A DNA stretch of 64,000 nt from Actinomycetota bacterium (GTDB lineage: Bacteria; Actinomycetota; Acidimicrobiia; Spongiisociales; UBA11373). The DNA lies in contig JAHLKU010000003.1 of NCBI GenBank assembly GCA_020444505.1, positions 21,824 to 85,823 on the forward strand. The letters run 5' to 3'. A program made the translations under genes and the position numbers. This document shows, piece by piece, positions 48,858-58,180 of this stretch (positions within the stretch are counted from its first letter, which is position 1; each line of letters begins with the position of its first letter). The notes beneath the pieces were generated by a model. The model did not search any database, had not been told where the DNA came from, and saw nothing but the letters and a program-made list of their open reading frames with translations.

Positions 48858-49562
48858 GTGCGCCGCATCGCCGCCGCCATCGCCGTCGCCGTCGCCCTCG
48901 CCGCCGCGGGGTGCGGCGACGCGCTCTCGGGGGTCGGGGACTTCTCGAGCGACTTCGTCCACGGGGACCGCACCTCCACCAGCGTGACGGTCGCCGACAC
49001 CGGCCCGGTGCTGCAGATCACCGGCATCACCGGGGCCGTGTGGGTGAACGACGGGCTCGACCTGACGGCCTCCGGGAACCGCGACGTGTTGCTGCGCGAC
49101 ATCTGGGCCCGCAGCGACGGCCAGTCGTCGTACATCCAGTCGGGGCGGGCGGAGATCGCCATGGCCCTGCCGGGGGTGGAGGTCCCGACGCTGATGCCGT
49201 CGTCGGTGACCCACATCAGCAGCCAACTGGTGTTCGACCCCCAGACCGCGCTGCTGGAGGCCTCCACCTCGGCGGCGTTCGGCTACTGGTCGGGCGAGCC
49301 GTACGTGAAGCCGCGCTCGGAGGGGCAGCTGATGGTGCTCCGGGTGGGCCTGGCGACCAGCGAGGAGGCGGCGCAGTTCTCCGACATCTCCGTCTTCAAC
49401 GTGGAGGGCGGGCGGGAGCTCGCCTGGGTGAACGGCGGCTACGTCTACCAGTTGTTCTGCCGCACCGGCGTCATCGAGGAGGCGTGCCTGGCGGTGGCGG
49501 ACTCGTTCCAGCCGCTGACCCTGCTCACCATGCTGGACGCCCCCGCCCCGGCCGGGGGCTAG
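48858..49562 (+). CDS. hypothetical secreted lipoprotein
   Basis: Signal peptide with lipobox (IAVAVALAAAGCG) after GTG 48858, which is preceded by GAGGAGG. No recognisable family. Confidence 0.5.
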   Translation: MRRIAAAIAVAVALAAAGCGDALSGVGDFSSDFVHGDRTSTSVTVADTGPVLQITGITGAVWVNDGLDLTASGNRDVLLRDIWARSDGQSSYIQSGRAEIAMALPGVEVPTLMPSSVTHISSQLVFDPQTALLEASTSAAFGYWSGEPYVKPRSEGQLMVLRVGLATSEEAAQFSDISVFNVEGGRELAWVNGGYVYQLFCRTGVIEEACLAVADSFQPLTLLTMLDAPAPAGG

Positions 49563-49601
49563 CGGGGCGGCCTTCCGGCCCGCCGGCGGTAGAGTCCCGG
49601 G

Positions 49602-50882
49602 GTGCTCCGCCTGCAGATCGCCATCGCCGCAGGGCGCCTCGCCGGCCGGGCCAGCCAGCTGCTCGGGAGGGGCGGCTCGGCGGTCCCCGGCCTCGTCGCC
49701 GAGCGGATCGACCCCCGCCTCATCGACCGGCTGGTGGCCTCCATCCCCCGGGTGGTGGTGGTCACCGGCACCAACGGCAAGACGACCACCACCAAGCTGC
49801 TGGTGGGGATGCTGGAGTCGGCCGGACGGCGGGTGGTCACCAACCCCACCGGCTCCAACCTGGCGCGCGGCGTCGCCACGCGGCTCATCGAGGTGGCACG
49901 GCGCGGCCGGGTGGACACCGACATCGCCGTCTTCGAGGTCGACGAGGCCGCGGTGCGCGCCCTCGGGCCCCGGTTGCGCCCCGCGGTGACCGTGGTCACC
50001 AACCTGGCCCGCGACCAGTTGGACCGCTACGGCGAACTGGACACCACCGCCGCCCACGTCCGCTCGGCGCTCGAGCACGCCGCGATCGCCGTGCTCAACG
50101 CCGACGACCCGATGGTCGCCGGGCTGGCCGGCACCGCCGGGGCCGACCGGTTCTTCGGGGGGTCCGACCCGGTACGGGCCCAGATGCCCGACGACCGCAC
50201 GCTCTACGGCGACGCCGGCGGGCCCCGCCCCGGGCCGGAGCCGTCGGTGCTGGTGCGCGCTGCCGAGCCGGCGGGGGAAGGGCAGCGGGCCGCCCTCACC
50301 GTGGACGGAGAGGACCTCGAGGTGCGGCTGCTCCTGCCCGGCGTGTACAACGCCTACAACGCCGCCGCCGCCGTCGCCGCCGCCACCGCCCTGGGTGTGG
50401 AGGCGGCCGTCGCCGCCGGGGCGGCGGCGGGCGTGGTGCCGGCGTGGGGCCGTGGACAGACCGTCGAGTACCGGGGCCGCAGGGTCCGGCTGCTGCTGGT
50501 GAAGAACCCGGCGGGCTTCAACCAGGCGATCCGCCTGCTGGCCGGAGAGGAGCCGGGTGCGCAGGTGATGATCTCGATCAACGACCACACCGCCGACGGG
50601 CGCGATGTGTCGTGGCTGTGGGACGCCCGGGTGGAGGACCTGGCCGGCACCGGCCACCGCTTCGTGACGTCGGGCACGAGGGCGCTCGACATGGCGGTGC
50701 GCCTCAAGTACGCCGGCGCCGCCGCCGAGTGGGCGGAGCCCGACCCGCGCACCGCCCTCGACCGGTTCGTCGACGGCGTCGCCGCAGGCGGCACGGCCAC
50801 CCTGGTGCCCACCTACACCGCGATGCTCGACCTGCTGCACCTGCTGCAGCCCGACACCCACCGGCGGGAGGCGTGGACGTGA
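49602..50882 (+). CDS. murT: lipid II isoglutaminyl synthase (glutamine-hydrolysing) subunit MurT (Mur ligase family)
   Basis: Mur-ligase central domain P-loop (VVVVTGTNGKTTTTKLL), MurT-specific DUF1727-like C-terminus, and adjacency to gatD. Confidence 0.8.
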   Translation: MLRLQIAIAAGRLAGRASQLLGRGGSAVPGLVAERIDPRLIDRLVASIPRVVVVTGTNGKTTTTKLLVGMLESAGRRVVTNPTGSNLARGVATRLIEVARRGRVDTDIAVFEVDEAAVRALGPRLRPAVTVVTNLARDQLDRYGELDTTAAHVRSALEHAAIAVLNADDPMVAGLAGTAGADRFFGGSDPVRAQMPDDRTLYGDAGGPRPGPEPSVLVRAAEPAGEGQRAALTVDGEDLEVRLLLPGVYNAYNAAAAVAAATALGVEAAVAAGAAAGVVPAWGRGQTVEYRGRRVRLLLVKNPAGFNQAIRLLAGEEPGAQVMISINDHTADGRDVSWLWDARVEDLAGTGHRFVTSGTRALDMAVRLKYAGAAAEWAEPDPRTALDRFVDGVAAGGTATLVPTYTAMLDLLHLLQPDTHRREAWT

Positions 50883-51592
50883 GGCTGGTGATCGCCCATC
50901 TGTACCCCGCCGAGATGAACATCTACGGCGACACCGGCAACGTCATCGCCCTCTCCCGGCGCCTGGAGTGGAGGGGCATCGACGCCGTGGTCGAGCGCAT
51001 CGCCGTGGGCGACCCGTACGACTTCACGGCGGCCGACGTGGTGGTGGCCGGCGGCGGTGAGGATCGCGCCCAGCTGGCGGTGGCCGCCGACCTGCAGCGG
51101 CGCGCCGGTGACATCCGCGAGGCGGTGGCGGCGGGGACGGTGTTCCTCACCATCTGCGGCACCTACCAGTTGTTCGGGCACCGCTTCGTCACCCACGACG
51201 GCGACGAGATGCCGGGCATCGGGGTGTTCGACCTGGAGACCCACGGTGGGGACGAGCGGATGATCGGCAACATCGTGCTCGACACCGAGTGGGGCCCCCT
51301 GGTGGGGTTCGAGAACCACAGCGGCAGGACCTTCCTGGGTGAGGGACAGCAACCGCTGGGGATGGTGCGCAAGGGGTACGGGAACAACGAGCGCGACTTC
51401 GACGAGGGAGCGGTCGCCGCCAACGCCTTCGGTTCGTACCTGCACGGGGCGCTGCTGCCCAAGAACCCGGCGTTCGCCGACGAACTGCTGCGGCGGGCGC
51501 TGGTGCAGCGCCACGGGGACGATGCCGTGCTGGGGCCGCTGGACGACGGGGTGGAGCGGGCGGCAGCCGACGCGGCGGCCACCCGGCCCTGA
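50879..51592 (+). CDS. gatD: lipid II isoglutaminyl synthase glutaminase subunit GatD (class I glutamine amidotransferase, CobQ-like)
   Basis: LVIAHLYPAEMNIYGDTGN ... TICGTYQLFG (catalytic Cys) ... HGALLPKNP. GTG overlaps the murT stop. Confidence 0.8.
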   Translation: MRLVIAHLYPAEMNIYGDTGNVIALSRRLEWRGIDAVVERIAVGDPYDFTAADVVVAGGGEDRAQLAVAADLQRRAGDIREAVAAGTVFLTICGTYQLFGHRFVTHDGDEMPGIGVFDLETHGGDERMIGNIVLDTEWGPLVGFENHSGRTFLGEGQQPLGMVRKGYGNNERDFDEGAVAANAFGSYLHGALLPKNPAFADELLRRALVQRHGDDAVLGPLDDGVERAAADAAATRP

Positions 51593-51595
51593 CGA

Positions 51596-51976
51596 TCAGA
51601 CCGCCAGGGAGGAGGGCCCGTGCCCGGTGTCGTCGATGCCGATGGCGAACTCCAGGCCCTCCGCCGACGAACGCAGCAGGTAGACGGCGTCGATGTTGAC
51701 CCCGGCGTCGGCGAGGCGCCGGGTCATGGCGGCGACCGCACCGGGCTCATGGGGGAGGTGGGTCACCTGCACGGGCCGCTCTTCGAAGGAGATGGCGGCG
51801 TCGCGCAGCACCGTCCGTGCGGTGGGGGCGTCGTCCACCATCAGGCGCACCACCCCGATCTCGTTGACCCCGAACGCGGCCAGCGCCTCGATGTTGACGC
51901 CGGCCTCGGCCAGCTTCTCAGTGAGGCAGGCCAGCATCCCGGGCTGGTTGGCGAGGTGCACCGTGAACTCGGTCAT
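51596..51976 (-). CDS. ACT domain-containing protein (two ACT repeats)
   Basis: 126 aa with duplicated βαββαβ ACT-like segments (LAEAGVNIEALAAFG ... LADAGVNIDAVYLL). Confidence 0.6.
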   Translation of the reverse strand: MTEFTVHLANQPGMLACLTEKLAEAGVNIEALAAFGVNEIGVVRLMVDDAPTARTVLRDAAISFEERPVQVTHLPHEPGAVAAMTRRLADAGVNIDAVYLLRSSAEGLEFAIGIDDTGHGPSSLAV

Positions 51977-52105
51977 GCTCCGATGCTACGCCAGGACGGC
52001 GACGAGTAGCGTGGCGTCCGTGCGATGGACCGAGACCGCCCTGCCGCCCGCCCTCCCCGACGCCGGCGCCCGCATCACCGCCGCGGCGGACCCGGAGCCG
52101 GGCGG

Positions 52106-52651
52106 ATGACCGCCGGACGCCACCGGACGTGGGTGGACGGGAGATGGGCAGAGGTGCCGGTGGCGTCCATGGGCGGCGAGTCGCTGGTCGTGCCGGTGGT
52201 GGCCGCGCTGGTGTTCCCCGACGACCGGCGCGACCGGATCCTGCTGCAGCGCAGGGACAAGCGGGATGCGGTCCGGGGCAGACGGGAGATCCCGATGGGG
52301 CGGTGGCGGGCGGGGGAGACGCCGGAGGAGGCGCTCACCCGCGAGGTGGAGGAGGAGACCGGCCTGCGGGTGGTGGCCGTCGAGGCGCCCGCCGTGCGCC
52401 ACGAGGCGGCGCCCGGCAGGCCGTTCCTGGCCCTGGAGCCGCTCACCGTCACCGTGGGCGTCGCCGGCGCCTACCCGGCCCTCCACCTGTGCTTCGCCTG
52501 CATCGCCGAGGGGGAGCCCCGGGCACTGGAGGGAGAGACGGCCGACCCGGAGTGGGTGCCGGTCGCCCGCCTCGCAGGGTTGCTCTCCTCGCCGGAGGAG
52601 TTCACCGGCCCGGCGCTGGCGATCCTGCGGACCTGGCTGGCGCGCCGCTGA
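52106..52651 (+). CDS. NUDIX hydrolase
   Basis: Nudix box GRWRAGETPEEALTREVEEETGL (Gx5Ex7REVxEExG). Confidence 0.8.
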   Translation: MTAGRHRTWVDGRWAEVPVASMGGESLVVPVVAALVFPDDRRDRILLQRRDKRDAVRGRREIPMGRWRAGETPEEALTREVEEETGLRVVAVEAPAVRHEAAPGRPFLALEPLTVTVGVAGAYPALHLCFACIAEGEPRALEGETADPEWVPVARLAGLLSSPEEFTGPALAILRTWLARR

Positions 52652-52658
52652 CCGCCCG

Positions 52659-53543
52659 CTACGAGGTGGCGTCGAGGAAGGCCACGAGGGCGGCGCCCAC
52701 CTCCTCGCCGGCGTCCTCCTGCAGGAAGTGGCCGGCCCCCTCGATGGTCTGCAGCAGCCCGGCGCCCGGGATGTGCGCGGCGAGGCGCTCGCCCACCCGG
52801 GTGGGGAAGATCGGGTCGCCGGTGGAGAACAGCACCTGGGCGGGGCGGTCCCAGCGCCCCAGGGCCTCCAGGGTCGCGGCCATCGCCGCCGCCCCCGCGT
52901 CGTCCGGCGACGTCGGGACGATCAGCGGGAACCGGTGGGCCCCGGCGAGGTACTCGGGGCCGGGGAAGGGCGCCTCGTAGGCGGCGAGGACGTCGTCGGG
53001 CCAGGGGCGGGCCATCGACCGGCGCATGATGGTGCCGACCGGCAGCACCTCGACCTGCTCGACGAACGCCCGCCACGCCAGGAACCCCTCCGACATCCGG
53101 CCGCTCCCGGTGAACAGGGCGGTGTTGAGGATCGAGAGGCGCGAGAACCGCTCGGGGTGCTCGACGGCGAGGCGCAGCCCGATGGGGCCGCCCCAGTCCT
53201 GGACCACCGCGGCCGCCCCTTCGAGGCCGAGGTGCTCGGCGGCGGCCGCCATCGCCGCCACGTGGCGGTCGTAGGTGTACCAGGAGCGATCGGCGGGCTT
53301 GTCGCTGCGGCCGAAGCCGGGCAGGTCGGGGGCGATCGCCCGGTAGCCGGCGGCGAGGAGGGCGTCGATCACCTTGCGGTAGAGGTAGGACCAGGTGGGC
53401 TCGCCGTGGAACAGCATCACCGGCGGGCCATCGCCCTCGTCCACGTAGTGGAGCCGCAGCCCATCCCAGTCGAGGTACCGGGGCTCCCAGGGCAGCAGGC
53501 CGTCGAACCGGACGTCGGGGGTGCGCAGCGCTTCGACGCTCAC
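52659..53543 (-). CDS. haloalkane dehalogenase-like alpha/beta hydrolase
   Basis: RLHYVDEGDGPPVMLFHGEPTWSYLYR, nucleophile elbow VQDWGGPIG and C-terminal His region, all DhaA/DhlA-like. GTG start overlapping the USP stop. The long N-terminal extension in the track is spurious. Confidence 0.75.
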   Translation of the reverse strand: MSVEALRTPDVRFDGLLPWEPRYLDWDGLRLHYVDEGDGPPVMLFHGEPTWSYLYRKVIDALLAAGYRAIAPDLPGFGRSDKPADRSWYTYDRHVAAMAAAAEHLGLEGAAAVVQDWGGPIGLRLAVEHPERFSRLSILNTALFTGSGRMSEGFLAWRAFVEQVEVLPVGTIMRRSMARPWPDDVLAAYEAPFPGPEYLAGAHRFPLIVPTSPDDAGAAAMAATLEALGRWDRPAQVLFSTGDPIFPTRVGERLAAHIPGAGLLQTIEGAGHFLQEDAGEEVGAALVAFLDATS

Positions 53544-54034
53544 GCCCCGGCGTCCTCCGCCTCCGACGGGCGCGCTGCCGGCACCACCAGCACCGGCCGC
53601 TGCAGGTCGCGCATCACCCGCGCCGACACGCTCTCCCAGTCGTCGAACAACTGCCTGGTCGCGCCCACCACCACCACGTCGGCGTCCATGTCGTCGGCCT
53701 GGGCGATGATGGTCGCCGCCGGGTCCTCGCCCTCGACGTAGCGGACCGAGGCCTCGAGGCCCCTGCCCCGCAGCGCGGCCAGCACCGGCTCGGTGATCCT
53801 CTGGCCCCGCTCGGCCACGTACCGCTCGATGACGGCGTCCTCCTCCTCGGTCCAGTCCGGGGAACTGCCGGTGAGCGGGTGCCACTGTTCGGAGCGGATC
53901 GTGTCCAGGAACGAGCGGGGCACTTCGATCACGGTGATGACGGCGACCCCGCCTCCCTCGCCCACCAGACGCGAGGCGAACTCGGCCACGGGCTCGGGGT
54001 TCAGGACGCCGGCGGTGGCGATCAGCATGCGCAC
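53540..54034 (-). CDS. universal stress protein (UspA family)
   Basis: 164 aa with a USP fold pattern (MLIATAG ... VVVVGATR ... VLVVP). Confidence 0.75.
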   Translation of the reverse strand: MRMLIATAGVLNPEPVAEFASRLVGEGGGVAVITVIEVPRSFLDTIRSEQWHPLTGSSPDWTEEEDAVIERYVAERGQRITEPVLAALRGRGLEASVRYVEGEDPAATIIAQADDMDADVVVVGATRQLFDDWESVSARVMRDLQRPVLVVPAARPSEAEDAGA

Positions 54035-54090
54035 CAGCCCAGGTTATCGACCCGGCCCGGGGTACGCTCCGCTGCCCGTCGGGAGGTGCC

Positions 54091-54603
54091 GTGGAACGCG
54101 ACGTCGCAGCCGAGACCGTCAACCGGGTCCTGTGGAAGATCCCCAACGTCCTCTGCCTGGTCGGGAGCCGGGCCGGGGACCGATGGAACGGGATGACCGC
54201 CTCGTGGGTGACCCAGGTGGCGATGGACCCGGTGCTCGTCGCGGTCGGGATCGACGCCGCGTCCCTCACCCGCGAACTGATCGCCGAGGGCGGTTCGTTC
54301 ACCGTGAACCTGTGGCCGCGCGACGACACCCGCACGTTCGTGAAGTTCTCCAAGCCCGCCGACAAGGACGGCATGACCCTCAACGGCCGGCCGATCCGCG
54401 AGGGCGTCACCGGTGCGCCGGTGTTCGAGGAGGCGGCCGCCTACCTCGACTGTCGGGTGTGGAAGACCGTCGACGCGGGCAGCCACGCGCTCGTGCTCGG
54501 CGAGGTGGTGGACTGCGGGTTCCACGGAGACCCGGAGGCACCCGTGGCCCGGATGGAGGACACGCGCATGAAGTACGGGGGCGTGGCCCGCGGGGGCCAC
54601 TGA
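54091..54603 (+). CDS. flavin reductase family protein (NADH:FMN oxidoreductase RutF-like)
   Basis: Flavin-reductase-like domain (VLCLVGSRAGDRWNGMTASWVTQVAMDPVLVAVGI ... SFTVNL). A paralogous fold to 14619..15134. Confidence 0.7.
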   Translation: MERDVAAETVNRVLWKIPNVLCLVGSRAGDRWNGMTASWVTQVAMDPVLVAVGIDAASLTRELIAEGGSFTVNLWPRDDTRTFVKFSKPADKDGMTLNGRPIREGVTGAPVFEEAAAYLDCRVWKTVDAGSHALVLGEVVDCGFHGDPEAPVARMEDTRMKYGGVARGGH

Positions 54604-54605
54604 GC

Positions 54606-55166
54606 TCAGACGCCTGTGGATCCGTCCCGCAGACAGGCGACGATCGCCGCCCGCTCGGAGCGGCGGAGCGGACGGCTCGGGTGCCGCCACACCGCCTCGG
54701 CGAACCGGCCCGGCCGCACGACGAGCAGGCGGCCCAGCCGGTGGCCGGCTTCGCCGGGGACCGGGCTCACCAGCACCGGGTAGGGGAACACGTCGCCCGG
54801 CAGGTGGGAGAGCCGGGCGCGGAGGGCGGTCGCGGTGCGCAGGGCACGCTTGACCGGTTCCGGGTCGCGTGCGCCGGCGCGTACCAGCCCGAGCCGCTCC
54901 CTGACGGCCCCGGGGCGGGGATCGGGGTCGCGGCACACCGCGAACACGCCGTTGGGCCCGACGGCCGCCAGATCGGCGGTCTCGGGTCCGGCGGCGACGC
55001 CGTCGAGCACGACCCAGTCGCCGGGGAGTGCGCCGAGCGCCTCCACCGCCGTCGGAGGCGGCGCAGCGGCGGGGCCGGGGGGCAGGTGCGGCGCGATCGG
55101 CACCACCCGGGCCAGCGTGGGCGCGGCCGGGGCGTCGACGGTGTGCGGCAGGGGCACCACGGACAT
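54606..55166 (-). CDS. NERD-domain-like protein (putative)
   Basis: Segment ADLAAVGPNGVFAVCRD resembles the NERD (nuclease-related domain) core. Otherwise low complexity. Confidence 0.35.
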   Translation of the reverse strand: MSVVPLPHTVDAPAAPTLARVVPIAPHLPPGPAAAPPPTAVEALGALPGDWVVLDGVAAGPETADLAAVGPNGVFAVCRDPDPRPGAVRERLGLVRAGARDPEPVKRALRTATALRARLSHLPGDVFPYPVLVSPVPGEAGHRLGRLLVVRPGRFAEAVWRHPSRPLRRSERAAIVACLRDGSTGV

Positions 55167-55202
55167 GCCGGTGTGATCGGCGGGTCCCGCGGCGGCCTTG
55201 AG

Positions 55203-56402
55203 TCAGGCGAGCGGGTAGCCGGGCTGGCCCGCCGCCACCCATGCGTCGAAGGCGGCGTCGTTGCCGATGTCCCGCCCTGCCTCGACGGCGGCGACGAAGC
55301 GGTAGTGGAGGAAGTCGGTGTAGGCCTGCACCGGGTCCTCGGTCCGCCGGTGCGGGAGCTCCTGGAGCCGGCGCAGCAGCGGCTCGAACACCTCGACCCG
55401 CCACCGGATGGCGGCGAGGGTCTTGTCCACCGGGCCGCGCTCCCGCAGCCCGGCCTCGTAGTAGTGCAGGTCGGCGAGGATCTGGCGGGCCTGGTGCTCG
55501 GAGGCGTCCACGCCGGTCAGTTCGCGGAGCCGGTGGCGGTGGTAGGTGCGGCCGGTGACGGCCAGGTGGAGGCGGAGCCGACTGCCGCCCTCCTCCGGGA
55601 CCAGGTCCAGGTCGCCCACCTCGAAACCGAGCTGGTTGATGGCGGCGATCCGTCCCTGGATGCGGTAGCGCTCCGACGGGTGCAATACCTCGAGGCGGGT
55701 CACCTCGGCCCACAGGGCGTGGTAGCGCTCGGCGATGGCCTCGCCGAGCGCCAGGTCGGCCTCGTCGATGTCGCGGCCGGAGGCGGCGGCGATGTCGGCC
55801 ATGCCGCCCGCCACGTTCACGATCATGATCTCGATGTCGTCGCGGCGCTGGCCGTCGGAGAGGGCCGGGCGGACCTCGGCCGTCTCGCCGTCCACCATCG
55901 TCACCTGGATCGCCTCGGCGTCGTAGCGGTACAGCACGTTGGAGAGCGAGCAGTCCCCCCAGTAGCACCCCAGCAGGTGCAGTTCGACCAGCAGCCCGGC
56001 GAAGGCGTCGAGCATCTGGTTGCGGCGGGCGCCGAACCCGGCCCCGGACAGCAGTTCCCGGTAGGAGAAGGCGTGATTGAGGTAGACGGTGATGACCGCC
56101 GCCGACCACTCCTCCGACGCATCCACCCAGGGGCGCTCCACCAGGCCCACCGGGACCACGGACGGAGCCTCGAGATCCTCCAGTGCCCGGAGCACCGTGT
56201 ACTCCTGCCGGGCGGCGGCCAGCGGCAACTCCTTGATGGCGTAGATGCCCTGCGCGTAGCCGTAGAACTGCACCTCGTGGCGGCTGATGCCCTTGGGGAG
56301 ATCGATGCGCCTGCGGTGCTCCCACCCCGTCATCGGCCGGTCCCAGGGGAGGTCGAGGAAGTCGGGATGGCCGCTGCGGACGGTCAGATGGGGCGTCGGC
56401 AT
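55203..56402 (-). CDS. DUF4032 domain-containing protein
   Basis: Conserved actinobacterial DUF4032-like sequence (HPDFLDLPWDRP ... WGDCSLSNVLYRYD ...). Start at ATG 56402. The track start at 56552 is an upstream GTG with a low-complexity extension. Confidence 0.55.
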   Translation of the reverse strand: MPTPHLTVRSGHPDFLDLPWDRPMTGWEHRRRIDLPKGISRHEVQFYGYAQGIYAIKELPLAAARQEYTVLRALEDLEAPSVVPVGLVERPWVDASEEWSAAVITVYLNHAFSYRELLSGAGFGARRNQMLDAFAGLLVELHLLGCYWGDCSLSNVLYRYDAEAIQVTMVDGETAEVRPALSDGQRRDDIEIMIVNVAGGMADIAAASGRDIDEADLALGEAIAERYHALWAEVTRLEVLHPSERYRIQGRIAAINQLGFEVGDLDLVPEEGGSRLRLHLAVTGRTYHRHRLRELTGVDASEHQARQILADLHYYEAGLRERGPVDKTLAAIRWRVEVFEPLLRRLQELPHRRTEDPVQAYTDFLHYRFVAAVEAGRDIGNDAAFDAWVAAGQPGYPLA

Positions 56403-56473
56403 GCGGCCATTGTGGTCGCTCGCCGCCGCCGTGGCCTGCACCCGTAGGATGACGGGGTCCCGAGGAGGCAGCG

Positions 56474-58177
56474 ATGACCGGCCCCACGCCACAGGCGCCC
56501 ACCCCGACCTCGCAGCTCGACCGCACCGTCGAGACCCTGCGCGCCGCCGCACCGGCGTGGGCCGGGGCGCCCATCGGCGAGCGGATCGCCCACCTCCGCA
56601 CGCTGCTGCGCCGCACCGCCGAGGTGGGGCCGGCGCTGGTGGATGCGGCGCTGGCGGCCAAGGGCGTGGACGGCCGGTTCGCAGGCGAGGAGTGGGTCGG
56701 CGCCGTGGCGATCCAGGCCCGGGTGCTGCGGGTGCTCATCGACACGCTGGAGGGGATCGAGCGACACGGGCGGGTGCCGATCCCGGCGTCGGCGGTGTCC
56801 ACCCGGCCCGACGGGCAGGTCGTGGTGCGGGTGACCCCCTTCGACGTCTACGACCGGGCGCTGTTCACCGGGTGGAGAGGGGAGGTGTGGCTGGAGCCGG
56901 AGGTGACCCTCGACGGCCTGGACGCCGCGCTCGGAGGCTTCTACACCAAGGGCGGCGCGGCCGAGCCGGGGGTCTCTGCGGTGATGGGTGCCGGCAACGT
57001 GGCCTGCATCGCCCCCACCGACGCCGTCCACAAGCTGTTCGTGGAGGGCAAGGCCGCCGTCGTGAAGCTGAACCCGGTCAACGACTACATCGGCCCGTTC
57101 CTGGAGCGGGTGTTCGCCGACCTCATCGACGCCGGCTGCGTCGGGGTGGCCTACGGGGGCGCCGGCGTCGGCGAGCACCTGGTGCACCACCCCCTGGTCA
57201 CCGACGTCCACCTGACCGGGTCGGCCGCCACCTACGACGCCATCGTCTACGGCACCGGCCCCGAGGGGGCGGCGCGCAAGGAGCGCGGCGAGCGGCTCCT
57301 CGACAAGTCGATCACGGCGGAGCTGGGCAACGTGAGCCCGGTGATCGTGGTGCCGGGGGAGTGGTCTGCCGGCGACCTGCGGTTCCAGGCCGAGCACATC
57401 GCCACGCAGATGAAGCACAACGACGGCTTCAACTGCAATGCCGCCAAGGTGCTGGTCCTGGCTGCGGGGTGGGCGCAGAAGGAGGCGTTCCTGGGGGAGC
57501 TGCGCCGGGTGCTCGGCTTCCTGCCGCCCCGCCCCGCCTACTACCCGGGGGCGATCGAACGATGGGAGGCCTTCACGGCATCGCATCCCGACGTAGAGCT
57601 GCTGGGGCCGGTCGCGCCGGGAAGGGTCCCGGCCACCCTGCTGCTGGGCGTCCCGGCAGGGTCCGGGCACAAGGCGTTCACCGACGAGGCGTTCTGCGCC
57701 GTCACCGCCGTGGTGGAACTGGATGCCGACGGCCCGCAGCGGTTCCTGGAACGGGCCGTCGCCTTTGCCAACGACGAGCTCACCGGGACGCTCAACGCGA
57801 CGATCCTCGCCGACCCCGGTGCCGTTGCCGCCCTCGGCGGCGGGCTGGACGCCGCGGTGGCGGGGCTGCGGTACGGCTCCGTGGGCGTGAACATGTGGGG
57901 CGGGGCCACCTACGCGCTCGGCGCGACCGTCTGGGGCGGCTTCCCCGCCGCCGACGGTGAGCCCACCCCGAGCGGCGTCGGGTTCGTGCACAACGGCCGC
58001 CTCATCGACCGGCCGCAGAAGTCGGTGCTGTGGGCGCCTTTCCGCATCCGGCCCAAGCCGCCGTGGTTCCTCACGCATCGCAACGGCAACCGGGCGATGC
58101 GGCACTTCGCCCGGTTCGAGACGGCGCCCGGGCCGCTGACCCTGGCGAGGGTGGCGGCAGCGTCGTTGCGGGGGTGA
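56474..58177 (+). CDS. aldehyde dehydrogenase family protein (long form, 567 aa, with C-terminal extension)
   Basis: ALDH-like catalytic core (ELGNVSPVIV ... NCNAAKVLVL) with an extra ~80-aa Trp/Pro-rich tail. Confidence 0.6.
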   Translation: MTGPTPQAPTPTSQLDRTVETLRAAAPAWAGAPIGERIAHLRTLLRRTAEVGPALVDAALAAKGVDGRFAGEEWVGAVAIQARVLRVLIDTLEGIERHGRVPIPASAVSTRPDGQVVVRVTPFDVYDRALFTGWRGEVWLEPEVTLDGLDAALGGFYTKGGAAEPGVSAVMGAGNVACIAPTDAVHKLFVEGKAAVVKLNPVNDYIGPFLERVFADLIDAGCVGVAYGGAGVGEHLVHHPLVTDVHLTGSAATYDAIVYGTGPEGAARKERGERLLDKSITAELGNVSPVIVVPGEWSAGDLRFQAEHIATQMKHNDGFNCNAAKVLVLAAGWAQKEAFLGELRRVLGFLPPRPAYYPGAIERWEAFTASHPDVELLGPVAPGRVPATLLLGVPAGSGHKAFTDEAFCAVTAVVELDADGPQRFLERAVAFANDELTGTLNATILADPGAVAALGGGLDAAVAGLRYGSVGVNMWGGATYALGATVWGGFPAADGEPTPSGVGFVHNGRLIDRPQKSVLWAPFRIRPKPPWFLTHRNGNRAMRHFARFETAPGPLTLARVAAASLRG

Positions 58178-58180
58178 CCC